Origin: Bacteroidia bacterium
GTDB taxonomy: Bacteria > Bacteroidota > Bacteroidia > UBA4408
Length of the DNA stretch: 64,000 nt
Assembly: GCA_043778625.1 (NCBI GenBank)
Contig: JAYWFU010000031.1
Coordinates: 14,616-78,615, forward strand
Direction: 5' to 3'
Part shown: positions 1-9,900 of the stretch, piece after piece
Layout: the number at the start of each line of letters is the position of its first letter
Numbering within the stretch: the first letter of the stretch is position 1
Notes under the pieces: model-generated
Told to the model about the DNA's origin: nothing
Seen by the model: the letters and a program-made list of their open reading frames with translations, nothing else
Databases searched by the model: none
Program-made: the position numbers and the translations under genes

Positions 1-726
1 TTTTATTTTAACTACGTCGCTATACCGCTTACAGCACAACAACAATTTGCGCCTACGGTTAGTTATTTAAAAGATTGCCTAAAAGAGCATACCTTAACCA
101 AAGAGGGCGCAACAGTAACTATACCAGCAGGCAATGTGTATAGCGATTTTGATTTTACCATTAACCGAGATACTACCCGCACACCTACTTATAAAATATT
201 GCACCCAGCCATTGCGGCGCATAGTTATTACAGCATAACATTGCCCACTTATACTATTCCAAAATCAGTAGTAAATAAAGCAATGGTAGTGTGCTTAGAT
301 TATAACGGTAAAGAAAAATGCGAAGGCGGAAAAATTAATGTGGCTAACAATACCATAACCGCACAAAGCCGTAGTTACGGACGGTTTACCATTAAGGTAG
401 ATGAAAAACCACCAGTAGTAAGCAAAGTAGGAGGTAATGGTACTGTGGTAAAAAAAGTAGGCAAGGGCAAAAAAGCTAAAAAAATAATAACTCATGTACC
501 ACTTACGGCATTGCGTTACCGTATGGGCGATAATCTTTCGGGTATAAAATCGTATAACGGTTTTATTGATGGTAAGTGGGAACTATTTGAATACGATGCT
601 AAATCAGGCGTGTTAGTGCATTTTATTAATAAAGCTAAATACACCGCAGGCGAACATTTAGTAAAACTCATAGTAATAGATTATGCAGGCAACGAAACCC
701 AGCTATTAGATACATTTAATTTATAA
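1..726 (+). CDS. hypothetical protein, C-terminal part (ORF enters from the left window edge)
   Basis: Frame 1 has no stop from base 1 to the first ATG at 136, so the ORF is truncated by the window. It has a Lys-rich stretch (KKVGKGKKAKK). I recognise no catalytic motif. Confidence 0.5.
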   Translation, partial: FYFNYVAIPLTAQQQFAPTVSYLKDCLKEHTLTKEGATVTIPAGNVYSDFDFTINRDTTRTPTYKILHPAIAAHSYYSITLPTYTIPKSVVNKAMVVCLDYNGKEKCEGGKINVANNTITAQSRSYGRFTIKVDEKPPVVSKVGGNGTVVKKVGKGKKAKKIITHVPLTALRYRMGDNLSGIKSYNGFIDGKWELFEYDAKSGVLVHFINKAKYTAGEHLVKLIVIDYAGNETQLLDTFNL

Positions 727-751
727 CTTTATATTTAGTAAACTTACTACT

Positions 752-2149
752 GTGAAACTTAACCACACATACATCATTATTTTATTAATAGCGCAATTGC
801 TATTAGTACGTAGTGTGGTGGCACAAGTAGTGGTTGAAAATACTACGGGCGATATTGAAAAATTTGTGCGCCAAAATTTATTAGGCGAAGGCATTACGGC
901 ATTTAATTTTAAATACAGCGGTAACATTAGTGCTATGGCTTCGTTTAAGGCAGATAATGAGTTGTTAAAAATAGCCGAAGGATTAGTATTAAGTACGGGC
1001 AAAGCTGCTGATATAGCACATGCTAACGATGTAAACAACCAGTGGTCGGGCAATGCCTCACGTGGCGATAAAGACCTTAATCGAATAGGGCGTGGTATAA
1101 CGGTAGATGCCGCTGTGTTAGAATTTGATTTTATAGCAAGCCGTAATAAATTACAGTTTGATTACTTTTTTGCATCGGAAGAGTACATGGAATACGCCGA
1201 AAGTAAGTTTAATGATGTGTTTGCTTTTGTAATTAGTGGGCCGGGCGCACGCAAAAAAAACATGGCTTTGTTGCCCGACAAAAAAACAATAGTAAGTGTT
1301 AATACAGTTAATCAATACAAAAATGGCGAGTTGTACATTAACAATAATATTTTTACCAAAAATGGCGAACGACTAAAACTGAACAAAAAGAAAATGAAAA
1401 AAATGAATGCCGAGCTCATTAATTTTTTTCAATACGATGGGCTTACTGTACCCTTAAAAGCTGAGATAAATATTATTCCAGGTAAAAAATACCATATTAA
1501 AATAGCCATAGCCGATGTAGGCGATTTTAAGTACGACTCAGGTGTGTTTATTAAAAAAAACTCGTTTACTACCGTGTCTGATAGCTTAGCACGTACTAAT
1601 ATTATATACGTGTTTAACCCTGCTGATACTGTTGTTCCACCACCATTGCCCAAACCTACCGAAGCACTACCTGCAATAAAAACATCTACCAAAACTACAC
1701 CTACCAAAACCATAAAAATGGTAAATGGAAAAGCCACTTTAGTAATTAATAATAATGTCAAGCCCAAAACACCAACGCCTGTGGGCAAAAAAGAATACTT
1801 AATACTTACCAATATTTATTTTGGCAACGACTCCTACATCATACCTGATAGTGCATTTAAGATGTTGGATAAATTAGCTACAAGTGTAAACAAAAACAAA
1901 ACTTATTATTTGGAAATAATGGGCTTTACTGATAGCACAGGCGCAGTAGAGTACAATAAAGTATTATCAATTAATAGAGCAAAGTCAGTATTTGATTATT
2001 TGGCAGCCAAAAACGTAGACGAAGGACGTATAAATTTTGAAGGCTTTGGTAGCTCCAAAGCCATAGCCGACAACAAAGACGAACGTAGCCGATTACTTAA
2101 CCGAAGGGTAGAAATAAAATTAAAAGAAGAGGTTTTAATTGAAAAATAA
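752..2149 (+). CDS. secreted choice-of-anchor L domain / OmpA-family C-terminal domain protein
   Basis: GTG start and a signal peptide. The N-terminal half carries DAAVLEFDF...FASEEYMEY...DVFAFVISGPG, typical of choice-of-anchor L domains. A Pro/Thr/Lys linker follows. The C-terminal part is an OmpA-like domain (GFTDSTG...YNKVLSINRAKSV...NRRVEIKL). Confidence 0.75.
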   Translation: MKLNHTYIIILLIAQLLLVRSVVAQVVVENTTGDIEKFVRQNLLGEGITAFNFKYSGNISAMASFKADNELLKIAEGLVLSTGKAADIAHANDVNNQWSGNASRGDKDLNRIGRGITVDAAVLEFDFIASRNKLQFDYFFASEEYMEYAESKFNDVFAFVISGPGARKKNMALLPDKKTIVSVNTVNQYKNGELYINNNIFTKNGERLKLNKKKMKKMNAELINFFQYDGLTVPLKAEINIIPGKKYHIKIAIADVGDFKYDSGVFIKKNSFTTVSDSLARTNIIYVFNPADTVVPPPLPKPTEALPAIKTSTKTTPTKTIKMVNGKATLVINNNVKPKTPTPVGKKEYLILTNIYFGNDSYIIPDSAFKMLDKLATSVNKNKTYYLEIMGFTDSTGAVEYNKVLSINRAKSVFDYLAAKNVDEGRINFEGFGSSKAIADNKDERSRLLNRRVEIKLKEEVLIEK

Positions 2150-2284
2150 AACTGTTCAGTAGGTATATTTACAAAAAAATACTTAACGTAGAAAAGCATA
2201 ATGTTATGCTTTAAAAAAAGTATGACTTGCCGACCAACGCAATGAATAAATTGATAAGTAAAATCCAAATTAAATAAAAACACG

Positions 2285-2292
2285 TATATTTG
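2285..2292 (+). promoter_or_regulatory. candidate Bacteroidota -7 promoter element (TAnnTTTG)
   Basis: TATATTTG lies about 35 nt upstream of the ATG at 2327. Confidence 0.35.
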
Positions 2293-2326
2293 TATAATTA
2301 CAGATTTAAAAGTACCTAAAAATTAA

Positions 2327-2542
2327 ATGAAGCATTTTTATAAAATAATAAGCATAACGGTTTTGGTAGTGTTTACAAACCTATGTTATGGTCCACCGCC
2401 ACCACCACCCAAGGGAGGACCACCATGCTGGCCACCACCTTGTATTCCTATCAATAATGGAGTGCAATACTTAGTAATAGGCGGTGCTTTATTAATATTA
2501 TACAAATTAGTAGAGTTAAAGCGTACTAACGTTAAAGCATAG
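2327..2542 (+). CDS. 71-aa polyproline mini-protein with signal peptide and C-terminal TM plus basic tail
   Basis: Sequence MKHFYKIISITVLVVFTNLCYG / PPPPPPKGGPPCWPPPCIPINNG / VQYLVIGGALLILYKLV / ELKRTNVKA. It has its own promoter motif and is followed by a strong terminator. Confidence 0.5.
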   Translation: MKHFYKIISITVLVVFTNLCYGPPPPPPKGGPPCWPPPCIPINNGVQYLVIGGALLILYKLVELKRTNVKA

Positions 2543-2571
2543 TAAATAGCAGTAACTATATTAAAACATAA

Positions 2572-2608
2572 AATTGGAGTAGAATAACTAGCTTATTCTA
2601 CTCCAATT
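2572..2608. terminator. bidirectional rho-independent terminator between convergent genes
   Basis: 15-bp perfect stem (aattggagtagaata / tattctactccaatt) with a 7-nt loop and T-rich runs on both strands. The stem overlaps the last codons and the stop of recG. Confidence 0.6.
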
Positions 2609-4702
2609 TGTTTTACCACTTTCTATTGTTTGTAATTCAATTTTCATAGCTGCGTGTTGTGGCAGGTTTAAGTTGGGGTCTTGGTTCATAATATCAATAG
2701 CGGTGTTGCGTGCTGCGATTAGTATTTGTTGGTCTTTGGCAAGGTCGGCTAGTTTAAAATTCATAGCTCCGCTTTGTTGCGTACCGTGTATATCGCCTGC
2801 GCCACGTAGTTTTAAATCTACTTCGCTTATTTTAAAACCGTCGTTAGTTTCGCACATGGTACTCATGCGTAATTTGCTATTAGCACTTAATTTAAACCCT
2901 GTAATAAGTACACAATAACTTTGGTCGGCTCCACGCCCCACACGCCCTCGTAATTGGTGTAATTGCGATAAGCCAAAACGCTCACTACTTTCAATAACCA
3001 TAACCGAAGCATTGGGTACATTTACACCTACCTCAATAACCGTGGTGGCTATCATAATGTGTGTTTCTCCTTTTATAAAACGTTGCATTGCAAATTCTTT
3101 ATCGGCAGCCGTCATTTGCCCATGTACTACACTTACACGATATTCGGGTTCAGGAAAAAAACTGGTAATGGTATCAAACCCCTGCATTAAGTTTTGAAAA
3201 TCGAGGGTTTCGTTTTCTTCAATTAGTGGGTACACTACGTAAATCTGTCGCCCCAACGCTATTTGTTCACGCATTAATCCATAGGCCATCAACCGTTTGT
3301 TTTCGGTATAGTGCATTGTTTTAATAGGCTTACGCCCTGCAGGTAGTTCGTCTATAACGGATATGTCCAAGTCGCCGTATAGTGTCATGGCTAGTGTGCG
3401 AGGTATTGGTGTGGCCGTCATTACTAACACGTGCGGTGGCGCTATGGTATTTTTTTTCCAAAGTTTAAAGCGTTGTTCTACCCCAAAGCGATGTTGCTCA
3501 TCGATAATGGCAATGGCAAGGTTTTTAAATTGCACTACCTCTTCAATAAGTGCGTGCGTACCAATAAGTATATTTAGTTTTCCTGATTTTAAATCGTTGT
3601 GAATAACCCGCCTATCCTTGGTTTTAGTACTGCCTGTAAGCAATGCTATGTTAATGGGTAAGTGTTGCAAAAGCTCGCTAATACCATTAAAATGCTGTGT
3701 AGCCAATATTTCGGTAGGTGCCATTAAGCAAGCCTGATAATTATTATCAATAGCTAATAACATACTCATTAACGCCACCACGGTTTTGCCACTACCTACA
3801 TCGCCCTGTATTAAGCGGTTCATGTGTTTGCCTTGCGCCATGTCTAACCTAATTTCTTTCAGTACGCGTTTTTGTGCGCCTGTAAGTTCAAACGGTAATA
3901 GTTTGTAAAAATCGTTAAAGTACGCGCCAACAATGCTAAATACGTGCCCAGGTATGTTTTGTAGGTTTAGTTTTTTTTGTTTGATGAGTTTGAGTTGCAA
4001 AAAAAACAACTCTTCAAATTTCACTCTATTTTGTGCATTAATAATACTATTGCTATTGCTGGGGAAATGCAGTTGCACTATAGCATCGGTGGCGTTCATT
4101 AAGCGGTATTGCTCCAGTATAGCAGGCGATAGCGTTTCGGGCAGTTGAATGTTTTTTTCGTTAATTACATTTACTAACAGTCGCACTAGTTTTGATATTG
4201 CTTTGCTATCTAATCCGCTAGTTTTCATACGTTCGGACGTATTGTAGGCTGGGTACAGCGGTATTTGTTGAGTTACAGTGGCTGGCGTTACCAATTCCAT
4301 TTCGGGGTGTACTATGCTAAACTTGCCTTTGTAATCAGTTATTTTGCCAAACACAATGTATTGATGCCCCGCTAATAAACTAGTGCGTAAGTATTTAATA
4401 CCCTGAAACCAAGTTAATTCAATACTTTCGGCGCCATCGGTTAATGTAGCAGTTAAGCGTTGGGCACGTGCCACACCTTGCAGTTGCAAGTTAGTTAGTG
4501 TACCTTTAAGTTGCACATAGGGCATATCGGGCGTTAGCTCGGCAATGGTATGAAACACTGACTTATCAATGTATTTGTACGGAAAATAGTACAGTAAATC
4601 GCCGTAGGTAAATATATTAGCCTCTTTTTTTAAAATAGTAGCACGCTGCTCGCCAACACCTTTGAGGTACGTTATAGGTTGAGCTAAAAATTGTGTTGGC
4701 AT
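2588..4702 (-). CDS. recG: ATP-dependent DNA helicase RecG
   Basis: 704 aa. N-terminal wedge region, Walker A GDVGSGKT, DEQHRFGV box and a C-terminal helicase domain (QLRGRVGRG). Confidence 0.95.
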   Translation of the reverse strand: MPTQFLAQPITYLKGVGEQRATILKKEANIFTYGDLLYYFPYKYIDKSVFHTIAELTPDMPYVQLKGTLTNLQLQGVARAQRLTATLTDGAESIELTWFQGIKYLRTSLLAGHQYIVFGKITDYKGKFSIVHPEMELVTPATVTQQIPLYPAYNTSERMKTSGLDSKAISKLVRLLVNVINEKNIQLPETLSPAILEQYRLMNATDAIVQLHFPSNSNSIINAQNRVKFEELFFLQLKLIKQKKLNLQNIPGHVFSIVGAYFNDFYKLLPFELTGAQKRVLKEIRLDMAQGKHMNRLIQGDVGSGKTVVALMSMLLAIDNNYQACLMAPTEILATQHFNGISELLQHLPINIALLTGSTKTKDRRVIHNDLKSGKLNILIGTHALIEEVVQFKNLAIAIIDEQHRFGVEQRFKLWKKNTIAPPHVLVMTATPIPRTLAMTLYGDLDISVIDELPAGRKPIKTMHYTENKRLMAYGLMREQIALGRQIYVVYPLIEENETLDFQNLMQGFDTITSFFPEPEYRVSVVHGQMTAADKEFAMQRFIKGETHIMIATTVIEVGVNVPNASVMVIESSERFGLSQLHQLRGRVGRGADQSYCVLITGFKLSANSKLRMSTMCETNDGFKISEVDLKLRGAGDIHGTQQSGAMNFKLADLAKDQQILIAARNTAIDIMNQDPNLNLPQHAAMKIELQTIESGKTNWSRIS

Positions 4703-4734
4703 ATATTTATTATTTGTGCAAATTTACATTTGAA

Positions 4735-5277
4735 ATGTTAAACAATCAACCTCAAATTGCTACTATTATTTTACGCAAAATTGTACCTGCTGATGCCCTC
4801 GTAATTACTACATTACGTAACACACCTCAAGTATTAAAGTATCTTGATGCAACTGTAATTACTAACGCTAAGCAAGCTAACACTTACATAGCCCAACTGC
4901 GTAACGAAAAAACTAATTATGCACGAGTCATAGTGTACAATGGTATATTGGTGGGAATTTGTTATTTAAAAGATTTTAATACCACGCATCGTTTTGCATT
5001 TATTACCTTTTATTTAAATAATAACTATTGGGGCAAAGGTATTATGCAACATGCGCTTACACACTTTATAAGTACTGCTTTTGTTGATATACCAGCCTTG
5101 CATCGTATTGAAGCGCAAGTACACGAGCATAACGAGGGGTCGTGTGCATTGCTTGCACGTATAGGTTTTACTAAGGAAGGAGAGGCTCGTAATAATTTTT
5201 TTGTAAACGAACAACCATTTAACTCGCAGGTGTACTCGCTCTTGCGTACTGATGTTGTTAATGCAGCTATAAAATAG
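4735..5277 (+). CDS. GNAT family N-acetyltransferase (RimJ/RimL-like)
   Basis: The layout is GNAT-like, with an acetyl-CoA-binding-like YWGKGIMQHAL segment. I prefer the ATG at 4735 over the GTG at 4693, which overlaps the recG start. Confidence 0.75.
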   Translation: MLNNQPQIATIILRKIVPADALVITTLRNTPQVLKYLDATVITNAKQANTYIAQLRNEKTNYARVIVYNGILVGICYLKDFNTTHRFAFITFYLNNNYWGKGIMQHALTHFISTAFVDIPALHRIEAQVHEHNEGSCALLARIGFTKEGEARNNFFVNEQPFNSQVYSLLRTDVVNAAIK

Positions 5278-5310
5278 TAGTTTTACTACCGTATAAAAAA
5301 CACACTGCAC

Positions 5311-6492
5311 TTGAAAATATTACAACTTTTACCTCGCTTTCCGTGGCCATTAAAAGATGGTGGAGCTATTGGGTATTATAATTTTACGCAAGCCTACATA
5401 GATGCAGGACACGAGCTTACCATAGCCGCTCTCAATACTAATAAGCACTATATTAATTATAACGATATACCTGAACAATTGTGTAATAAAGCTACTATAC
5501 ATTTGGTAGATATTAATACTGACATTAACAAAAAAGATGCACTTCTAAATTTGTTTACCACACAATCGTATAACATACAACGCTTTGTTAGCAAGCAATA
5601 CGAGCAATTAGTGGTAGATTTGTGTACTAATACTACCTACGATTTAATTGTATTTGAAAGCATATTTGTAGCCCCTTACTTAACTGCTATACGTGCCGTA
5701 ACACCTGCTAAATGTGTATTGCGCCAGCATAATGTAGAATTTAAAATATGGGAAACATTAGCCGATAATACCTCTTGGGGAGCTAAAAAAATGTATTTAA
5801 AATTACTAGCTAATCGCTTGTGTACGTTTGAAATTAAGGCCTGTAATAGTTTTGATACCGTGTTTCCAATAACGCCAACCGATTACGAAACATTAGTAAC
5901 CTGTGGCGTAACTACTCCCATGCACATAGTTCCGTTTGGTATTAATACCAAAAAAATGCCCAGTTACAAAGCGCCGCAAGGCATTACATTTTTTCACTTA
6001 GGTAGTATGGATTGGCAACCTAATCAATTAGCGGTGCAATGGTTTATCGATAACGTGTGGATACCTCTTGCACCACAATACCCTGAGGCTACGTTTACCA
6101 TTGCAGGTAGGCACATGCCCCCATATTTTATGCAGTACCATAATACTTATAACATACAGGTAGTGGGCGAAGTATCTAATGCCATTGAATTTATGCAAAG
6201 CCACGCAGTGCAAGTGGTACCATTATTTGCAGGCAGTGGCATACGTGTTAAAATAATAGAGGCCATGGCCTTGGGCAAATGTATTGTAGCTACACCGCTT
6301 GGTGCGCAAGGTATTAATTACACATTAGACGAAAATATATGTATAGCTGATGATACCGCCGATTTTTTAAAAGAAATAGTAACCCTTATCGAAAATCCCG
6401 AACGTATTATTACCATTGGAAAATCCGCTCAAGTAATAGCACAAACTGAATACAATATTGATGTATTAGCACAAAAAATAATCGACAATTGA
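5311..6492 (+). CDS. glycosyltransferase family 4 (GT-B fold)
   Basis: TTG start, 393 aa. The N-terminus (LPRFPWPLKDGGAIGYYN) and the C-terminal part (GSGIRVKIIEAMALGKCIVATPLGAQG) are typical of GT4/GT1 enzymes. Confidence 0.85.
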   Translation: MKILQLLPRFPWPLKDGGAIGYYNFTQAYIDAGHELTIAALNTNKHYINYNDIPEQLCNKATIHLVDINTDINKKDALLNLFTTQSYNIQRFVSKQYEQLVVDLCTNTTYDLIVFESIFVAPYLTAIRAVTPAKCVLRQHNVEFKIWETLADNTSWGAKKMYLKLLANRLCTFEIKACNSFDTVFPITPTDYETLVTCGVTTPMHIVPFGINTKKMPSYKAPQGITFFHLGSMDWQPNQLAVQWFIDNVWIPLAPQYPEATFTIAGRHMPPYFMQYHNTYNIQVVGEVSNAIEFMQSHAVQVVPLFAGSGIRVKIIEAMALGKCIVATPLGAQGINYTLDENICIADDTADFLKEIVTLIENPERIITIGKSAQVIAQTEYNIDVLAQKIIDN

Positions 6493-6960
6493 TAACGTTA
6501 CAGTCGCTATTGATAATTATCAATCTTACTTCAAGTAATGAACTTAACAGTATTTAGGGTTTGAAAAATTATACTCTATTTTTTTCAATAACACAAATCA
6601 AAAAAAAGCGTAAATACAACTGTAATTTAAAGAGAATTAGCCCAAAATTCTAACCAAAGAAATGATGTTTAAAAGCTGATTTGGCTCAAAAAAAACGCAC
6701 AACTCAACATAGGTTAAAAACACACGTTTTACTGACGAGATAAAAGCGTACGTTTTACTCCTTTCGAAACGAGATTTTGGTCCAGAACAAATCGTTGGTC
6801 GTTGTAAGTTTGAAAACAACTCCTGTGTTTTAGTAAAAAGTAATAATTTGCATAAACTAGAGTTAAAAAATATTGCAATGACAAATAACTATAAAAACTA
6901 TAATTTTAAAACTATATTGAGCTAATTTACTTTCATTCATGAACAGCATACTTACATTAG

Positions 6961-9900
6961 TTAATTTAATACGCTCAACTTTGCACGACCTAGTTTATTA
7001 CCATTTTGCAGGCGTATATAATACAGTCCGTTACTTAATCTACTAACATCTACCAGTTGTGTATACCCGCCAACAGCTTGTGAAGCATTACACACATTAC
7101 GTACTAATTTACCGTACATATCGTACACATCCAATTGTACATGTTGGCTAGCATCAGTATTAATGTAAGTAATATAAGCCAATCCAGAAGCTGGGTTAGG
7201 ATATATCTTTACGTCAATACCAGTAGTTGAGTTATTAATTATAGCGCCTTTGTTTTTAATACTTTGCACACCATTAGTGCCTACACTATCAATAACCTCT
7301 ACTGGCACTTGGCGTGTTTTGCCTTTGTAGGCTACACGAATAAAAGACTTCCCTTTTTTAATACCCTTAATAATATTGGCATTTATTTGGCTTACTACTT
7401 TAGTATTACCCATTGTAAACGCTACGCCTGGCATATTTGTTATATCAACAGCACCGTTACCTGCAAAGTAGCCTGTAACTTCAGTATTAAAGCTACTGCC
7501 TAAGGGTATGTATATTTTTTTAGGATATACGTGCATGCTATCTAATGTTAAGTTTTTAGTGTCAGTGATTAATGTTGCTGAGTCGGTAACGTAACTTGCA
7601 CTATCGTGTGCTGCTACTGCAATTTTAATTTTACCCACGTAATTGGTTGGTACAGTATAATTTACTTTATAATGATTAGATAATGAGTCGTAATACATTT
7701 CTTGCAAATCGTTAGCTTTTAATCCAACTAGTAGTGCAATTTTAGGAAAATTACCTGTACTCGACACCTCTATCGGAATTGTATCTCCCGGATTAACTGC
7801 AATTACTGGAGGTAGTTTTAACTTAACCGTTCCTAGGCCTTGATTAGTTACATTTACTTGGCTACTAAATTGTTGATTATACAATTTGCCTACTGTTGAA
7901 GTTAATACTTCAGGCGTAAAACCTAGTTTAGTAAAATCAGTACTTGTGGTTGGGTTATTATCAAGTAAACGTATCACTTCGTTAATAAACGAAGTATTGT
8001 CAGGAGAGCCTACATGTTGTTGTAATGTATCAAAACTGGTTAAGTAACTTCCGCTTAATCCTCCTGTTTGAGATTTAAGTGGTACAATTAAGTCTGATTC
8101 AGGCTGACCAAAAAGCCTATCATGAAATTCTCGCGCTGTTTCACCTAATTTTTTATATCCAAATAAAGTTCCGCCTATTGCAAAAGCCGTTGAGCCAAAT
8201 AAACTATTAAATGATGCTGAGGGCGTTGTGGAAACAATACAATGCGAAGGTACTGTATTAGCGTTTAAGCTTGCTCCGTTTAGATAGTTGGTTATTCCGT
8301 TACCATCAACACTCAAATCCTCAATGGCACCTGCATTAGCATCTTTACCAGCAAATTTCAAAATAAATTTAGTAAAGCCTGCATTACGTAATAAGTTGCC
8401 ACACTGGCTACCTGAGTGTGGGGTGTTAAGTGTAATAAGTGAACGTACATCGGTTTTTTTATTATTTTTCTTTGTTGTAAATTCGGAACTCTGTATGTAT
8501 GCTCGGGTAAGAATACCTCCCATACTATGCCCTACTACATCTACACTACCTGCGGAATATCCTGCGTCAACCGCTTTTTTAAGTAAGAATGTTATACCAT
8601 TGGGCACAACGTTTTTATTTGTTTCAAATTTTTGGTCATTACTTGTTGAGTAATCAACTCGGTGTAATATTGCATCAAAATAATTACTAGTACCTACTAA
8701 ATCAGATTCCATAATTGCAAATGCCGCCGCCTCCGACCATAAGCCATGTACCATCATTACAGGTGCTCTATAATAGCTAATCATACGAGTTTCTATAACG
8801 GTATTAGTAATTGTATTGTATACTTCTACCGAATCATCTTTTTTCACTCCATTAACATCTAAATACTCTGGGTGAGTTAACCTACCTTCAATTACGCCAT
8901 CTTCAGGAGGTGTATTCATAGTAAATTTACCCCACAATTCAGGCGAAGTAGTCGCATTTGAATTTTGAATTCTAAATGCAAAATCAGCAGCATTGGCACA
9001 TGTAGTGCATGACTCTGGAAATTTATATTTTATTATAGTAGCACTCGAACCATCGGCACATACTTTAAATGGCTTTTGGCTTGTAAAACCAGTTGCTTTC
9101 GATGACTGTTGAAAAATTACTTTACCTGAGTGTCGCCCTTTTTTACGTCCCCCCTCTACAAATATTTCATCCTCAGTAAGCGCATCGTTTATAAATGTAA
9201 TTACACCATCGTTAGGATCTGTTACTGTAATTGTAACAGAATCGGTATGTGTACTGCCATTGGCAGAAGTTATAGTTAACGTAACAGTAAATCTGCCCGT
9301 ATCATTAAAAGTATAACTAGGGTTTTGTACGCTCGACACATCTCCGTTCCCAAAATCCCAAGCCCAAGCTGTTGGATTGTTGGGAGATAAATCAGTAAAC
9401 TGAACGGTTAATTTAGCAGGTCCTTCGTACACGTCGGCTTCAAAATCTATTGAGTCGCTTGCGGCATCAATTACAGTAATAGTATATTCTTTGTAATCTG
9501 ATCCATTACCATTATCAACCGTTAAGCGTACTGTAAACACACCAGTATCATTAAATGTATAACTCGGGTTTTGGTCCGTTGAGTTATCGCCGTTACCAAA
9601 ATCCCAGTTCCAGCTGGTAGGGTTGTTGGTTGAAGCATCAGTAAACTGTACTGTTAAGGAAGCCTCTCCCGAATTAACATCGGCTGTAAAATCAGCCACT
9701 GGCGCTATAGTAGAAGCATTAACTGTAATTGTAGTGGTAGAACTTGTAATTGAACCATTACCATTATCAACGGTGAGCGTTACTTGGTACGTTCCTGCGC
9801 TATCAAAAGTGTAATATAAATTTTGATCGGTAGAAACTACCACACCATCTACTTCCCAGCTCCATGTGGTAGGGTTTTCGGTAGAGGTATCATCAAAACT

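Noticed and set aside
4725-4732. TACATTTG as the promoter of the GNAT gene
   Set aside because: The motif ends only 2 nt before the preferred ATG (4735), so a transcript starting downstream of it would lack the start codon. It is probably a chance match in AT-rich DNA.
6637-6819. 60-aa minus-strand ORF in the long convergent spacer
   Set aside because: It has no recognisable motif or signal and lies in non-coding-looking DNA. I kept it only as part of the spacer observation.
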